Shown one piece after another: positions 26,815 through 35,905 of a stretch of DNA of 64,000 nt. Position 1 is the first letter of the stretch; each line of letters opens with the position of its first letter. This stretch comes from a virus: IMG/VR virus record IMGVR_UViG_3300032046_000001, positions 232,551 to 296,550 of that record, one strand, 5' to 3'. Below the pieces are notes generated by a model. The model saw only the letters and a list, made by a program, of their open reading frames with translations. It did not search any database and was not told the origin of the DNA. The position numbers and the translations under genes were made by a program.

Positions 26815-27228
26815 CTATTTCTTTTTTTTCACAAAATACCGTGGCCAATTTTCATAACTTCCATTAATAACTGGTGTATTAGGAAACCATGTATTTTTAT
26901 GGTTGAATTGATCTGTGAGCAAAACTGTTAATTCACCACGTTCCATTTGTTCATACCGAATGGGACAATCTTTTTTGAAGGCGTCCCAAGCGTCAATGAC
27001 ATTCTGTTTTTCTTTTTGTTGTGTATGTTCACCATCTTTATATGGAGCTTTGTATGTATATAAACAATAATGTTCGGTATTATCCGATACTTTGATATTT
27101 TCTTCTAATATTGGAGACCATGTATATTCTCCTACTCTTACTACAAAATAATAATTTATATATACAAGTCCGATATGCTCCCAAGTTCTATCAATACGTG
27201 ATGGATCTACTCCTTGTTTTGTTAACAT
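26815..27228 (-). CDS. hypothetical protein (137 aa)
   Basis: ORF. Confidence 0.45.
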   Translation of the reverse strand: MLTKQGVDPSRIDRTWEHIGLVYINYYFVVRVGEYTWSPILEENIKVSDNTEHYCLYTYKAPYKDGEHTQQKEKQNVIDAWDAFKKDCPIRYEQMERGELTVLLTDQFNHKNTWFPNTPVINGSYENWPRYFVKKKK

Positions 27229-27488
27229 TTTGTTTGCCTCTTCACAATATTCGTATATATAGGTTTTGTCTTTGTCTCCATAACCACAAAATCATGTTTA
27301 CAGTATTTTCCTTCTTCTCTTTGTCTATTCATCCATCCGATTATTTCACTTAAACCAGTACCAGTATATACTCTTCTACCTTTTGGACTATCAAGTCGAA
27401 TTTCAAATATCGTTCGTCCCTTATCATTTTCTATAAATTCTTCACTATAATTCATATACAATCTTTTGTCATAATAGGTTCTTTCCAA
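27222..27488 (-). CDS. hypothetical small protein (88 aa)
   Basis: ORF. Confidence 0.4.
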   Translation of the reverse strand: MERTYYDKRLYMNYSEEFIENDKGRTIFEIRLDSPKGRRVYTGTGLSEIIGWMNRQREEGKYCKHDFVVMETKTKPIYTNIVKRQTKC

Positions 27489-27724
27489 TCATCATCTTGG
27501 ATTGGTTTGGTATCATACCAATCCAATATAGCTCCACAGTATGGACACCAATAAATATATGTTTCACCACCAGATGATGAATGTGGGTGTTCATGATGTT
27601 CAATTAATTCCATCTGATAATTACAAAATTTACAAATTTCATCAAAATTCATTTTTTCAAACCTGTTCCTATATAGTATTTTTATGATATTCGTAGAACT
27701 TATTATTATAATCACGACATACAT
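27452..27724 (-). CDS. small zinc-ribbon-like protein (90 aa)
   Basis: CKFCNYQ...CPYCGAIL. Confidence 0.4.
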   Translation of the reverse strand: MYVVIIIISSTNIIKILYRNRFEKMNFDEICKFCNYQMELIEHHEHPHSSSGGETYIYWCPYCGAILDWYDTKPIQDDDWKEPIMTKDCI

Positions 27725-28661
27725 CTAAACAATTATTACGACATATAGAATCTTTATAAGTATCATGGTTTTTATACCAATTATATCTTTCTTCCATTAT
27801 CTTATTTCTGATAATTGAGTGTTTCGATCCACAATGTAATATATTTCCGATTGGTTTTCCCTTTTCTCGCATATAAATAATACATGGATAATGATATTCT
27901 CCGGCGATTGCTATATCATCTAATACCAATGGACATCGATTATAATCAGATAAAGAAAGACCTCGTACTGGAATATTATTTATGATATTGTTATACCGAT
28001 ATTTTAGTATTGGATGTTTATATAATATAGACGATTCAATATAAAATGTTGGATATTGTGTCCCATTTTGCGCTGCTGGTATAATGCGTATATCATCTAC
28101 ATGTAAGTCATGTGCTAATCTAATTATATCTCCCAATTCGGACATATTTTGTTCAGTCAATACCACACCAACTGTTATATAAGATATCAATGATAAAAAT
28201 TCAATTGTATCTATTACCTTTTTCCATTGACCTGTTTTTCCAGTCATTGTGTCACCTGTTGATGAACAACACGAATCCAGTGAAACAGAAAAATCATTCA
28301 CTCCTGCGGCCATTAAATAAAAATATAATTCTTGATCATTAGACCCATTTGTTGAAATGGCAATATGTCCTATGTTATTTTGTCTCGCATATTTAATCAT
28401 TTTTAACAGATCTTTATTTAAAGTTGGTTCTCCTCCTGAAAATCTGATATTCCTGATTTTATTATTGAATATATCAAGAATACATTTAATAGAATCTATC
28501 GTAAGATCACCACATAATTTATCTTCGAGTCCACGACAATATGGACATTTAAAATTACATCTATCGGTAATTATTATTTCACATCGATTGATTATACCAT
28601 CGGGAATTTTTTTTACTCTTTCTTCACACAATGTATAAAAACCTATTTCTTCAAGATTCAT
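27669..28661 (-). CDS. radical SAM enzyme (MoaA/SPASM-like) with a C-terminal Cys-rich domain
   Basis: DRCNFKCPYC (CxxxCxxC). GGEPTL. STNGS. VSLDS. Multiple C-terminal Cys (CPLV, CIIY, CGSK, CRNNCLDVC). Confidence 0.7.
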   Translation of the reverse strand: MNLEEIGFYTLCEERVKKIPDGIINRCEIIITDRCNFKCPYCRGLEDKLCGDLTIDSIKCILDIFNNKIRNIRFSGGEPTLNKDLLKMIKYARQNNIGHIAISTNGSNDQELYFYLMAAGVNDFSVSLDSCCSSTGDTMTGKTGQWKKVIDTIEFLSLISYITVGVVLTEQNMSELGDIIRLAHDLHVDDIRIIPAAQNGTQYPTFYIESSILYKHPILKYRYNNIINNIPVRGLSLSDYNRCPLVLDDIAIAGEYHYPCIIYMREKGKPIGNILHCGSKHSIIRNKIMEERYNWYKNHDTYKDSICRNNCLDVCRDYNNKFYEYHKNTI

Positions 28662-28714
28662 AATTTATACTCCTTTCAATAATAAAATGTAATATATCTC
28701 CATATTTTCAAATT

Positions 28715-29041
28715 TTATTTTCTATAATTCCAATAACTTCTTTCATCTATTAATTCAGTACATTTTTCAAACCATTCATCCACTGTATAAATTTCTGGTA
28801 AATTCAAACTAATTTTACCATAAGCACCATTATGAATTATATCAGAGGCATAAAACGTATAACCTCCAATTTTAAAGGAATGTTTAAGATATATATTTTT
28901 TTCAAAATCATAACAAGCTCTACACTCCCGTTCTATATCACATAATAATGCCTCAGCAGATTCATACTCAGCGGGGAAAATAATTTCCCCGCCTTCATAC
29001 TCACTACCATATTGATAAATAATAACGAGTCTCATCAACAA
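28715..29041 (-). CDS. hypothetical protein (108 aa)
   Basis: ORF. Confidence 0.45.
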   Translation of the reverse strand: MLMRLVIIYQYGSEYEGGEIIFPAEYESAEALLCDIERECRACYDFEKNIYLKHSFKIGGYTFYASDIIHNGAYGKISLNLPEIYTVDEWFEKCTELIDERSYWNYRK

Positions 29042-31041
29042 TCACCAGATTCGATTCGTTTCTTCATTATTTCTTTCAATTCTTGAAGCTCTCTGCTAAC
29101 CCAAACCGATTGTCTCTTTGGAAATTTAAGATCTTTCCATTGAGGTTTCAATAATGCCATTTCAGACTGATGATATATCTTAATTTCATTAGCCATCAAT
29201 GGCACTGTTAATCTCACATCATTCTGTAAAGTAGGTTGTAGCATGTTATGACGAATATCCCTTAGATCAGTATATCGTCTTCTTCCACTATTCGACCGCT
29301 CAACCATCTCTTGAGAATCAGATTTTGGTTGATCTTTTAAAGAAGTTGAATACTCTCCTTCAGAATCACGATGTAATGATTTTTTACCAGGATCGGTCAT
29401 TTTCTCTATACTACTACTAAGTTTGATGGTTGGATTACCATCAATATCAACTAATTTATAAACAACTCCTAACGGTACAGGAACAAGTTTAGTTCCAATA
29501 CCATCAGCATCATTAGCTGCTTCTTTTTCCATCATCAACATTCTAGTATCTTCATCAATATCATTAGATGTAACGATCTTTACTGCTTTAAATCCGTTAT
29601 CATCCAGAATCTTTCTTACAGTTTGAGAATCCCAAATTAAATCACCGGAATCGATACGAACTTTAAATCTCCGTAAACCGTGTTTATTTGCCGTTTTAAG
29701 GGCATCTCTTAGTCCTGTGAAGGTTCCATAGGTATCTAAAATAAATGCGGATTTCTCCCCAAATAACGAAGCCTGGGCATCAAAACTATAGAGTTGTCTC
29801 CTGTATGCCTCAACGGAACTATGGCTTGCTGTTCCTGATAATGGAATACCATATACTTGTCCCGCTAAAACATTAGAACTTGATGTTGCCCCAGTGATAT
29901 AGAATGCTCTTGATAATTCCAATGCCGCTTCTCTACCCATTCCTCTTCGCATATGAAAGTCTGCCCAAGGAACAGATGGATTAGCCAATGTCATTCTGGC
30001 ACCATTGGTAGCACCAGCAATAACATATCCCATACATCCTAATATATAGGTTTCAATAAAATCACCGATTGCCAAAGGTGCTGTTATTTGAATTAAAGGA
30101 ATATGGGGTTGAATAACAGTTCCTTCTGGAACCATTTCAACATATCCTTTAAACGATAACTCTCTTAAGTATTCATATAATATCTCTGGAAAGTTCCATT
30201 GAGATTTGATAAAATCGATATCTCTTCCAGTCATTTCAAGCTGTTGGAGATATTCAATTACTTTTTCATTTCCCATCATTATACCGAAACTACCATTCTT
30301 TGGATTGTTTCGATAAAACATGTTAAACGTAGCGATGTCGTCTTGTTTACCAGAATGTAAATACATCGCCATTTTCAATAGTTGATAAAAATCTGTTGAC
30401 ATGGCTGAGTTTAGAGGAGGTTTATCTGTAATATAAAATCTATTACCTTGAGGATCTTGAATTTCAACATAACCATTCTTCATCACTTTCAATATTTTAT
30501 TACCGCTATTGACAAGTGATTCTAAAAACTTATCATTCATTAAAACAATTCCCTCCAGTTTCGTTTGAATAAGGTTGGTTGATCTACCATACCAGTATAT
30601 TCGAATTTTCTTTTTCCCAAATTTAAAAGCCTCATATGGCTTTAATATATCAATTCTTGATCGAAATCGAGAACTTGTTTTATCAAGAACGATTTTTTCT
30701 CTAACTACATTATCGCTCTTGTAATAAATTTTTGTGTTTCGATCTAATCCTAATTTTACCAGATCTTTCGAAACAGCAATAATTTTGTGACGATTCTTGT
30801 TATGAATCCTGTCATTCCACGCACAAATATTTGGTGTAGAATCACATTGTTTTTTTGTGGCATTATATGCAGTTGCATCAACAATCTTACTATTTATAAT
30901 CGGAATTTCCGATTGTTTAATACTCCAAATATAAAAAGATCTAAAATGATTTTTTGATTGAGTATCATAAATTTTTGAAGTTGTAATTACTACCGGACAC
31001 AATATAATTAAAATAAATAACATCATAAATGTCTTTTTCAA
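29035..31041 (-). CDS. nicotinate/nicotinamide phosphoribosyltransferase-family enzyme fused to an N-terminal signal peptide and a 3D-like domain
   Basis: C-terminal 450 aa: LNSAMSTDFYQLLKMAMYL, GATSSSN, SGTASHS, VRIDSGD and DGIGTKLV, the type-II PRTase motifs. N-terminus: MKKTFMMLFILIILCPVVITTS, then ATAYNATKKQCDSTP...KIIAVSKDLVKLG...RIDIL (3D-domain-like). Confidence 0.65.
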   Translation of the reverse strand: MKKTFMMLFILIILCPVVITTSKIYDTQSKNHFRSFYIWSIKQSEIPIINSKIVDATAYNATKKQCDSTPNICAWNDRIHNKNRHKIIAVSKDLVKLGLDRNTKIYYKSDNVVREKIVLDKTSSRFRSRIDILKPYEAFKFGKKKIRIYWYGRSTNLIQTKLEGIVLMNDKFLESLVNSGNKILKVMKNGYVEIQDPQGNRFYITDKPPLNSAMSTDFYQLLKMAMYLHSGKQDDIATFNMFYRNNPKNGSFGIMMGNEKVIEYLQQLEMTGRDIDFIKSQWNFPEILYEYLRELSFKGYVEMVPEGTVIQPHIPLIQITAPLAIGDFIETYILGCMGYVIAGATNGARMTLANPSVPWADFHMRRGMGREAALELSRAFYITGATSSSNVLAGQVYGIPLSGTASHSSVEAYRRQLYSFDAQASLFGEKSAFILDTYGTFTGLRDALKTANKHGLRRFKVRIDSGDLIWDSQTVRKILDDNGFKAVKIVTSNDIDEDTRMLMMEKEAANDADGIGTKLVPVPLGVVYKLVDIDGNPTIKLSSSIEKMTDPGKKSLHRDSEGEYSTSLKDQPKSDSQEMVERSNSGRRRYTDLRDIRHNMLQPTLQNDVRLTVPLMANEIKIYHQSEMALLKPQWKDLKFPKRQSVWVSRELQELKEIMKKRIESGDC

Positions 31042-31052
31042 ATTATTATCTC

Positions 31053-31415
31053 CTATTTAATTATTCTATTTTTATTATGATCTCCTGTATGTTTAGACGT
31101 AGGTTTTTTTTCTAAATTTTCAAAAGTATTTTCTAATTTATTTTTATTTTTATGGTGAATAACTTCATCACATTTTAATTTTTCTATAAAAGTTTCATAT
31201 AGTAAACGATGAACTCTCCTAGTTTTTATTATTTTATTTTGACATAAACGAGCACGAAGATATCCAGTACTACTCTTGGTTTGTTTTAATATTTTATTTT
31301 TCTTGATAGATTTAATTCTACTAAAATTACTTATTAGATATTCTGGAAACTCTTCGATTATTTTCCAAGTTTCATTTTTTAAATCTCGTAAGTTTAAATT
31401 TTTATATATTTTCAC
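31053..31415 (-). CDS. HNH homing endonuclease, short form lacking the C-terminal DNA-binding region
   Basis: MKIYKNLNLRDLKNETWKII...YLISNFSRIKS. VIHHKNKNKLEN. Ends soon after the HNH motif. Confidence 0.55.
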   Translation of the reverse strand: MKIYKNLNLRDLKNETWKIIEEFPEYLISNFSRIKSIKKNKILKQTKSSTGYLRARLCQNKIIKTRRVHRLLYETFIEKLKCDEVIHHKNKNKLENTFENLEKKPTSKHTGDHNKNRIIK

Positions 31416-31440
31416 TAAAATTCCTTTTTAAAAAATTTAT

Positions 31441-31490
31441 AAAAAAAATCCTCTGGATTAGGAGGGAGTAAAATATCCAGAGGATTTTTT
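31441..31490. terminator. bidirectional rho-independent terminator (12-bp stem, A8 upstream and T6 downstream)
   Basis: aaaaaaaa-tcctctggat-[16-nt loop]-atccagaggatt-tttttt. Lies between the HNH gene start and the SPFH gene 3' end. Confidence 0.6.
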
Positions 31491-31511
31491 CAATTAATAC
31501 TGTTAAACAAA

Positions 31512-32450
31512 CTATTCTTTGGTTGGGAATGTCTGTTTGTAGAGCATTGAACTCCCTACTATGGGACCGAAATTCTTACTGGTTAGTGCATCATAAGGTG
31601 CCAACATAAAAGTATTATTTGGACCCTTTGCCATTTCTTCGTACATCTTGTACTGTTCTAATGCTAATACAGCCGGTGTTAAGGAGGCACCGACAATGGC
31701 ATTGGCTTTGGCTGTAGCTCTCGCTCTTTCTACTTGGGCTTCGCCTTCCTTAATGGCAATCTCTGTCTGTCGTTCAGCTTCTCTTGTCCGCGCTTGGGCT
31801 TCTGCGGCCTTCTGTAAATCATCAAGTTCGGCATTTTTAATAGCCGTTTTCTTGTTCTTGATCTTTTCCTCATAATCCAGGTCAGATACCTTAAGGCCGG
31901 TGGTGATTATCGGGAATCCCTTACCCTTTATTTCAGCAGCAATCTGTTTGTTTAATTCATTCTCAATGGGTCCGCGTAGATCCTGGAGATTGTCAGTATT
32001 GTATGGTGCTACAACACTTCGTGTAGTACTCCGAATGGTACTTTGTATTACGGCCTTGTAGAAGGTGGCGAATTCAACTTTGTATATCTTGGAGTCACTT
32101 GTGGGAGTTGGTTTCACTATACTCAGAATTTTCTTAACAGACTCATCATCCCGTAGGTCAAACTGGCCAAAGTACTTCACATCCATGATTACAGGTATCT
32201 GATCTTTACAGAGGATGTGCATCGTGTCTTCATCAAACTTATTGATGGAACCGTCGATATAAATGGTAAGATCACGGCCATATGCGTGGTAGTTGCCATC
32301 ACGAATGATATTGAAGTTTCCACCAGAATCCTTGATAACAATTACTGTTGCTGGAGGCACGGTCTTACCCATACAACCGAAGATCGAAGGAAGGACACAT
32401 AAAATCAAAGCCATAAATAGTACATATTTCAGAGATTGTTTCGGATTCAT
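31512..32450 (-). CDS. SPFH/band-7 (stomatin/HflC-like) domain lipoprotein, GC-richer
   Basis: Signal peptide with lipobox LPSIFGC. C-terminal Ala/Glu-rich coiled coil AELDDLQKAAEAQARTREAERQTEIAIKEGEAQVERARA. Confidence 0.6.
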   Translation of the reverse strand: MNPKQSLKYVLFMALILCVLPSIFGCMGKTVPPATVIVIKDSGGNFNIIRDGNYHAYGRDLTIYIDGSINKFDEDTMHILCKDQIPVIMDVKYFGQFDLRDDESVKKILSIVKPTPTSDSKIYKVEFATFYKAVIQSTIRSTTRSVVAPYNTDNLQDLRGPIENELNKQIAAEIKGKGFPIITTGLKVSDLDYEEKIKNKKTAIKNAELDDLQKAAEAQARTREAERQTEIAIKEGEAQVERARATAKANAIVGASLTPAVLALEQYKMYEEMAKGPNNTFMLAPYDALTSKNFGPIVGSSMLYKQTFPTKE

Positions 32451-32513
32451 ATTAATGCTCCTTATATTAGAATAACATTGTTTAAACTACCATTAATATT
32501 AAGATTCTCCCTC

Positions 32514-32948
32514 CTAAAGAGTATCTAGATACTTCTGGAACTCATCACGAGCTTTTTGATTCTTTTCTCGAATCTTGTCGTTCAGTTCCATTTCACGTTT
32601 TTCTTTCATATCCTTAATGAGTTGTTCAATTGTATTCGGATCAGATGTTTTGTGATCCTCCAATTGTTTTTGATTATATTGCTCGGATTGTGTACCAACA
32701 CCGCTGTCATATGATTTCACTGTTACATCATGAAGGAATATTCTGGAAGCGATAAATATGATCGCACCAGCGGTCAGAAGTACTTTAATAACAGAATAAA
32801 TAACAGCCAGGACATTATACCATGATTCATTAACTTCAAAAATGGTGAACAATTTCTTAATTCCCCATTTCGAAGTCATAAAGATGATAATCATAAATAT
32901 GACCGATGCCACAAACCAAATCAGCGGTTGAATATGAAAATTTAACAT
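32514..32948 (-). CDS. two-TM membrane protein, possible NfeD-like partner of the SPFH protein
   Basis: Two hydrophobic segments, then a charged C-terminal tail. Immediately upstream of the SPFH gene. Confidence 0.45.
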   Translation of the reverse strand: MLNFHIQPLIWFVASVIFMIIIFMTSKWGIKKLFTIFEVNESWYNVLAVIYSVIKVLLTAGAIIFIASRIFLHDVTVKSYDSGVGTQSEQYNQKQLEDHKTSDPNTIEQLIKDMKEKREMELNDKIREKNQKARDEFQKYLDTL

Positions 32949-33075
32949 AATTTGTTCTCCTCTCGAAAAAGATTTCCTGAATCACTAATGTTGTCATCAT
33001 AACTCTTCAGGTGGATAGTATCATTTATACGTGCTATTCATTTAACTACTATGAATTGTAGAGATATAAATTACT

Positions 33076-33095
33076 TCACATATTAATATATATAA
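33076..33095 (-). promoter_or_regulatory. conserved promoter-like 20-mer TCACATATTAATATATATAA
   Basis: Exact copy. Lies 5' of the 32514..32948 gene on the - strand. Confidence 0.5.
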
Positions 33096-33119
33096 TAACT
33101 TCGGTTTATTTCTAAATTA

Positions 33120-33890
33120 TTACTCTATATTCTCATCCCATCGTACCAATGCTATTGGAGCTAATGCCCTCTTATGCTCAGTAGCTTCCATAATTTTTGA
33201 AATTCTCACTTCGTCTGGTGTTGTAGGTGTCTTACCACTGAGATATATTTTTGTGAGAACATCATCAAGAACATCATAATTTCCGATATCATCCTCATCA
33301 TAATGATTTGGTGTTAGATCAGCAGTTGGTCGCTTTGTCAGAATTTTTTCGGGAATTTGAATATAGTCGTGTTGAGTACAAAGTATATTATTATAATAAT
33401 GTGCTAGACCATATACATCTCTTTTTAGTAATTCACCTAATAATTCGATATCTGATGCTCCATCGCCGAATTTTGTAAAATATCCAGTCATAATTTCTGA
33501 TAAATTACAAGTTCCAATAACTTTACTATTATGTTCATTGGCGTATGCATACAATAGACACATTCTTATCCTAGACATTATATTTTCTTTAGTTCCATTT
33601 TGCCATAAGATTCCGGTATTATAAAAGCTATCGTATATATTTCTAATGTTTATAATAGAGTATGATACACCGAATTGGTGTACTAGATCAATACCATCCT
33701 TAAGATGTTCATTTTCCCAATATGGCATAAGCATAGCATGAATCTTGTCTTTTCCAACAGCCTGAACAGTCATTGCGAGACAAAGAGATGAGTCAATTCC
33801 ACCAGATACTCCGAGGATAAAACCACTAGATGTTTCTAATTCTTCTCTGACAAAATCAACAATAATTTGATTCACTTTTTCATAATTCAT
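33120..33890 (-). CDS. nadE: NH3-dependent NAD+ synthetase
   Basis: LGVSGGIDSSL (PP-loop SGGxDS). GYFTKFGDGASDI. RPTADL. TEHKRA. Confidence 0.85.
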   Translation of the reverse strand: MNYEKVNQIIVDFVREELETSSGFILGVSGGIDSSLCLAMTVQAVGKDKIHAMLMPYWENEHLKDGIDLVHQFGVSYSIINIRNIYDSFYNTGILWQNGTKENIMSRIRMCLLYAYANEHNSKVIGTCNLSEIMTGYFTKFGDGASDIELLGELLKRDVYGLAHYYNNILCTQHDYIQIPEKILTKRPTADLTPNHYDEDDIGNYDVLDDVLTKIYLSGKTPTTPDEVRISKIMEATEHKRALAPIALVRWDENIE

Positions 33891-34545
33891 TTTCCATTCT
33901 CCTTTTTATTTTTGATACTGTTGAATGAACTACTCCGTGTTTATTTGCAATCTGTCTTTGAGTTAAATCATCTTTTTCAATATCAATTTTTATATCAATA
34001 TATTTTTGATTTGACAACCTGTTAAGATTATTTTCACTCATTATCTTTTTTGTTTTTTCTGAATGTTTTTTTCCTTTATTGCTTTCACTTATTTTTATTT
34101 TAGTTTCTTCTGAAAGTAATCTACCTTTTGGATTATGAAGTTTGTTATGTTCTTTTTTAGGTATCATTATTAAATTTTCTAAAATATTATTTTCTTTATT
34201 TCTATCTTTATCATGATGAACACATTCATCAGATTTTAATTTATAATCATTAAAAGTTTCATAAACTAATATATGAATTTTTTTAGTTTTCTTGTTTCCA
34301 TTTTTAGATAAATTAATTACAAAATAATCATCATTATCTTTATGTTGTTTTATTATTTTTCCACTTATTTTATCATATTTAAAACTTTTAACTCGACCCA
34401 GATTACTAACTTGATAATCACAATCATAATCTAAAATATCTTTCCAAATTTCATTATCTAAATCATTAATATCTAAATTTTCGTATATTTTCATTTTAAT
34501 GCTCCAAGTATCTGAAAGAAAATTTTTATAATATAAAAATGACAT
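33880..34545 (-). CDS. HNH homing endonuclease with NUMOD3-like repeats and a C-terminal HTH
   Basis: MKIYENLDINDLDNEIWKDI...YQVSNLGRVKS. CVHHDKDRNKENN. ETKIKISESNKGKKHSEKTKK. VHSTVSKIKRR. Confidence 0.7.
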   Translation of the reverse strand: MSFLYYKNFLSDTWSIKMKIYENLDINDLDNEIWKDILDYDCDYQVSNLGRVKSFKYDKISGKIIKQHKDNDDYFVINLSKNGNKKTKKIHILVYETFNDYKLKSDECVHHDKDRNKENNILENLIMIPKKEHNKLHNPKGRLLSEETKIKISESNKGKKHSEKTKKIMSENNLNRLSNQKYIDIKIDIEKDDLTQRQIANKHGVVHSTVSKIKRRMENEL

Positions 34546-34575
34546 CTTTTTAAAACGTTATTTTACTTATTCTTT

Positions 34576-34594
34576 CATAGATTAATATATATAG
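34576..34594 (-). promoter_or_regulatory. variant of the promoter-like motif (CATAGATTAATATATATAG), 30 nt upstream of the 34545 start
   Basis: Similar to the 20-mer. Confidence 0.4.
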
Positions 34595-34598
34595 TTCT

Positions 34599-35192
34599 TC
34601 ATGACTTTGAAAAATCTGGATTCTTACCTAAAAATAAAGACCTATTTAATGCGTTTGGATCAATACCAGCTTTTTGACACAAACCAATAATATATATAGG
34701 ATCTATTGGTAATTTATATTCTTTTAATTTTCGTCGAACGTGTCGATCAATAGGAAATGCTGGTAATTTCAAATAATCTCTGATAAATAACCAAAGTACT
34801 TTAGTTCCTTTGGGATTTGCACCACATAAATTGAAAAATTCAACAATTGGTGTAGTCCATGAATATTTACCTTTTTCAAGCCAAATATCACATAATGTTT
34901 TAAATTCAATTTGTTTTTTATTTAACGAAGTTATCATATTGAATAACATATCATTTTCCCATTTTAGTGGGTAGATATTTTCAAATTGACTTGGTAAAAT
35001 ATTTCCCAAATCTCTATTATTTAACCACTGAATAGCCCTGGTTTGAACTTTTTTTCTTCTTTCGACTTTCCAAGGACCAGCACCTATACAAATAAGAAAT
35101 GCCTTATTTGATTCAGAACCTACCCATGTATGATCATAAGTAGGTTCTGATGAATACATTTTTTTTATTTTTTCGATATCTTCACTTGACAT
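34599..35192 (-). CDS. HhH-GPD superfamily DNA glycosylase-like protein
   Basis: WLFIRDYLKLPAFPIDRHVRRKL resembles the HhH-GPD helix-hairpin-helix with the P.D.HV.R signature. Confidence 0.5.
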   Translation of the reverse strand: MSSEDIEKIKKMYSSEPTYDHTWVGSESNKAFLICIGAGPWKVERRKKVQTRAIQWLNNRDLGNILPSQFENIYPLKWENDMLFNMITSLNKKQIEFKTLCDIWLEKGKYSWTTPIVEFFNLCGANPKGTKVLWLFIRDYLKLPAFPIDRHVRRKLKEYKLPIDPIYIIGLCQKAGIDPNALNRSLFLGKNPDFSKS

Positions 35193-35454
35193 GATAACCT
35201 CTATCTGATAGTTCCGTCATTGATTCAAAAAAATTATTATGATGAAATAAAATTTTTCTTCCATCACATTCAAATATTATCCAACCATTTCCTAAATTTT
35301 TTAATATTTTTGCCTCTGTTGGAATATCATACATGACAGAAAAACCACCTTCATGAACAACTTTTGATGGATCTTGTTCATATGTTTTACAGGAAATAGT
35401 TCCTAATATAATAAAAATAATTAATAAAAATTTTTTAATATTTTTGATAGTCAT
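35182..35454 (-). CDS. small lipoprotein (90 aa)
   Basis: MTIKNIKKFLLIIFIILGTISC, with lipobox GTISC. Confidence 0.45.
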   Translation of the reverse strand: MTIKNIKKFLLIIFIILGTISCKTYEQDPSKVVHEGGFSVMYDIPTEAKILKNLGNGWIIFECDGRKILFHHNNFFESMTELSDRGYHVK

Positions 35455-35593
35455 TTAGTGATGAAATTTTTCCAGTTTTCCAATCAAAAACTAAAGTATT
35501 TTCCATACGTTGACGTAGAAGTTTATCTATTTCTTCATTATGCGCCAGTTCATTTGCAAGTTTTTCCAATTTTATTTTTTCATCTTCTGTCAT
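35441..35593 (-). CDS. small coiled-coil protein (50 aa, MTEDEKIKLEKLANELAHNEEIDKLLRQRMEN...)
   Basis: A GAGGGAG SD lies upstream. Manually translated. Confidence 0.3.
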
Positions 35594-35905
35594 TTACCAA
35601 GCTCCCTCACTTTTATATCCAAGATCTTCTATTGAACTCAAATCAAAACCTCGTTCATCTTCGAACATCTGTTTTAACCTGATTCCCTTATTAATACCTT
35701 CTTGTCTCAAACATGCTGATAAATATAAAATATCTTCTCTTAAGTTTTTTAATCGTTGAATTCTGTCTTCGATTGCTCTATTTACACCTATTGTTTGTTT
35801 GTAAGATCTTTGGCTGTCTAAATTATCAATTTCAACTTTTATCAATCTTGCGATTTCAAATAACTCTTCACCATCAAAAAATCGACCTATTATTTTATTA
35901 TCCAT
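35594..35905 (-). CDS. hypothetical protein (103 aa)
   Basis: ORF. Confidence 0.45.
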   Translation of the reverse strand: MDNKIIGRFFDGEELFEIARLIKVEIDNLDSQRSYKQTIGVNRAIEDRIQRLKNLREDILYLSACLRQEGINKGIRLKQMFEDERGFDLSSIEDLGYKSEGAW

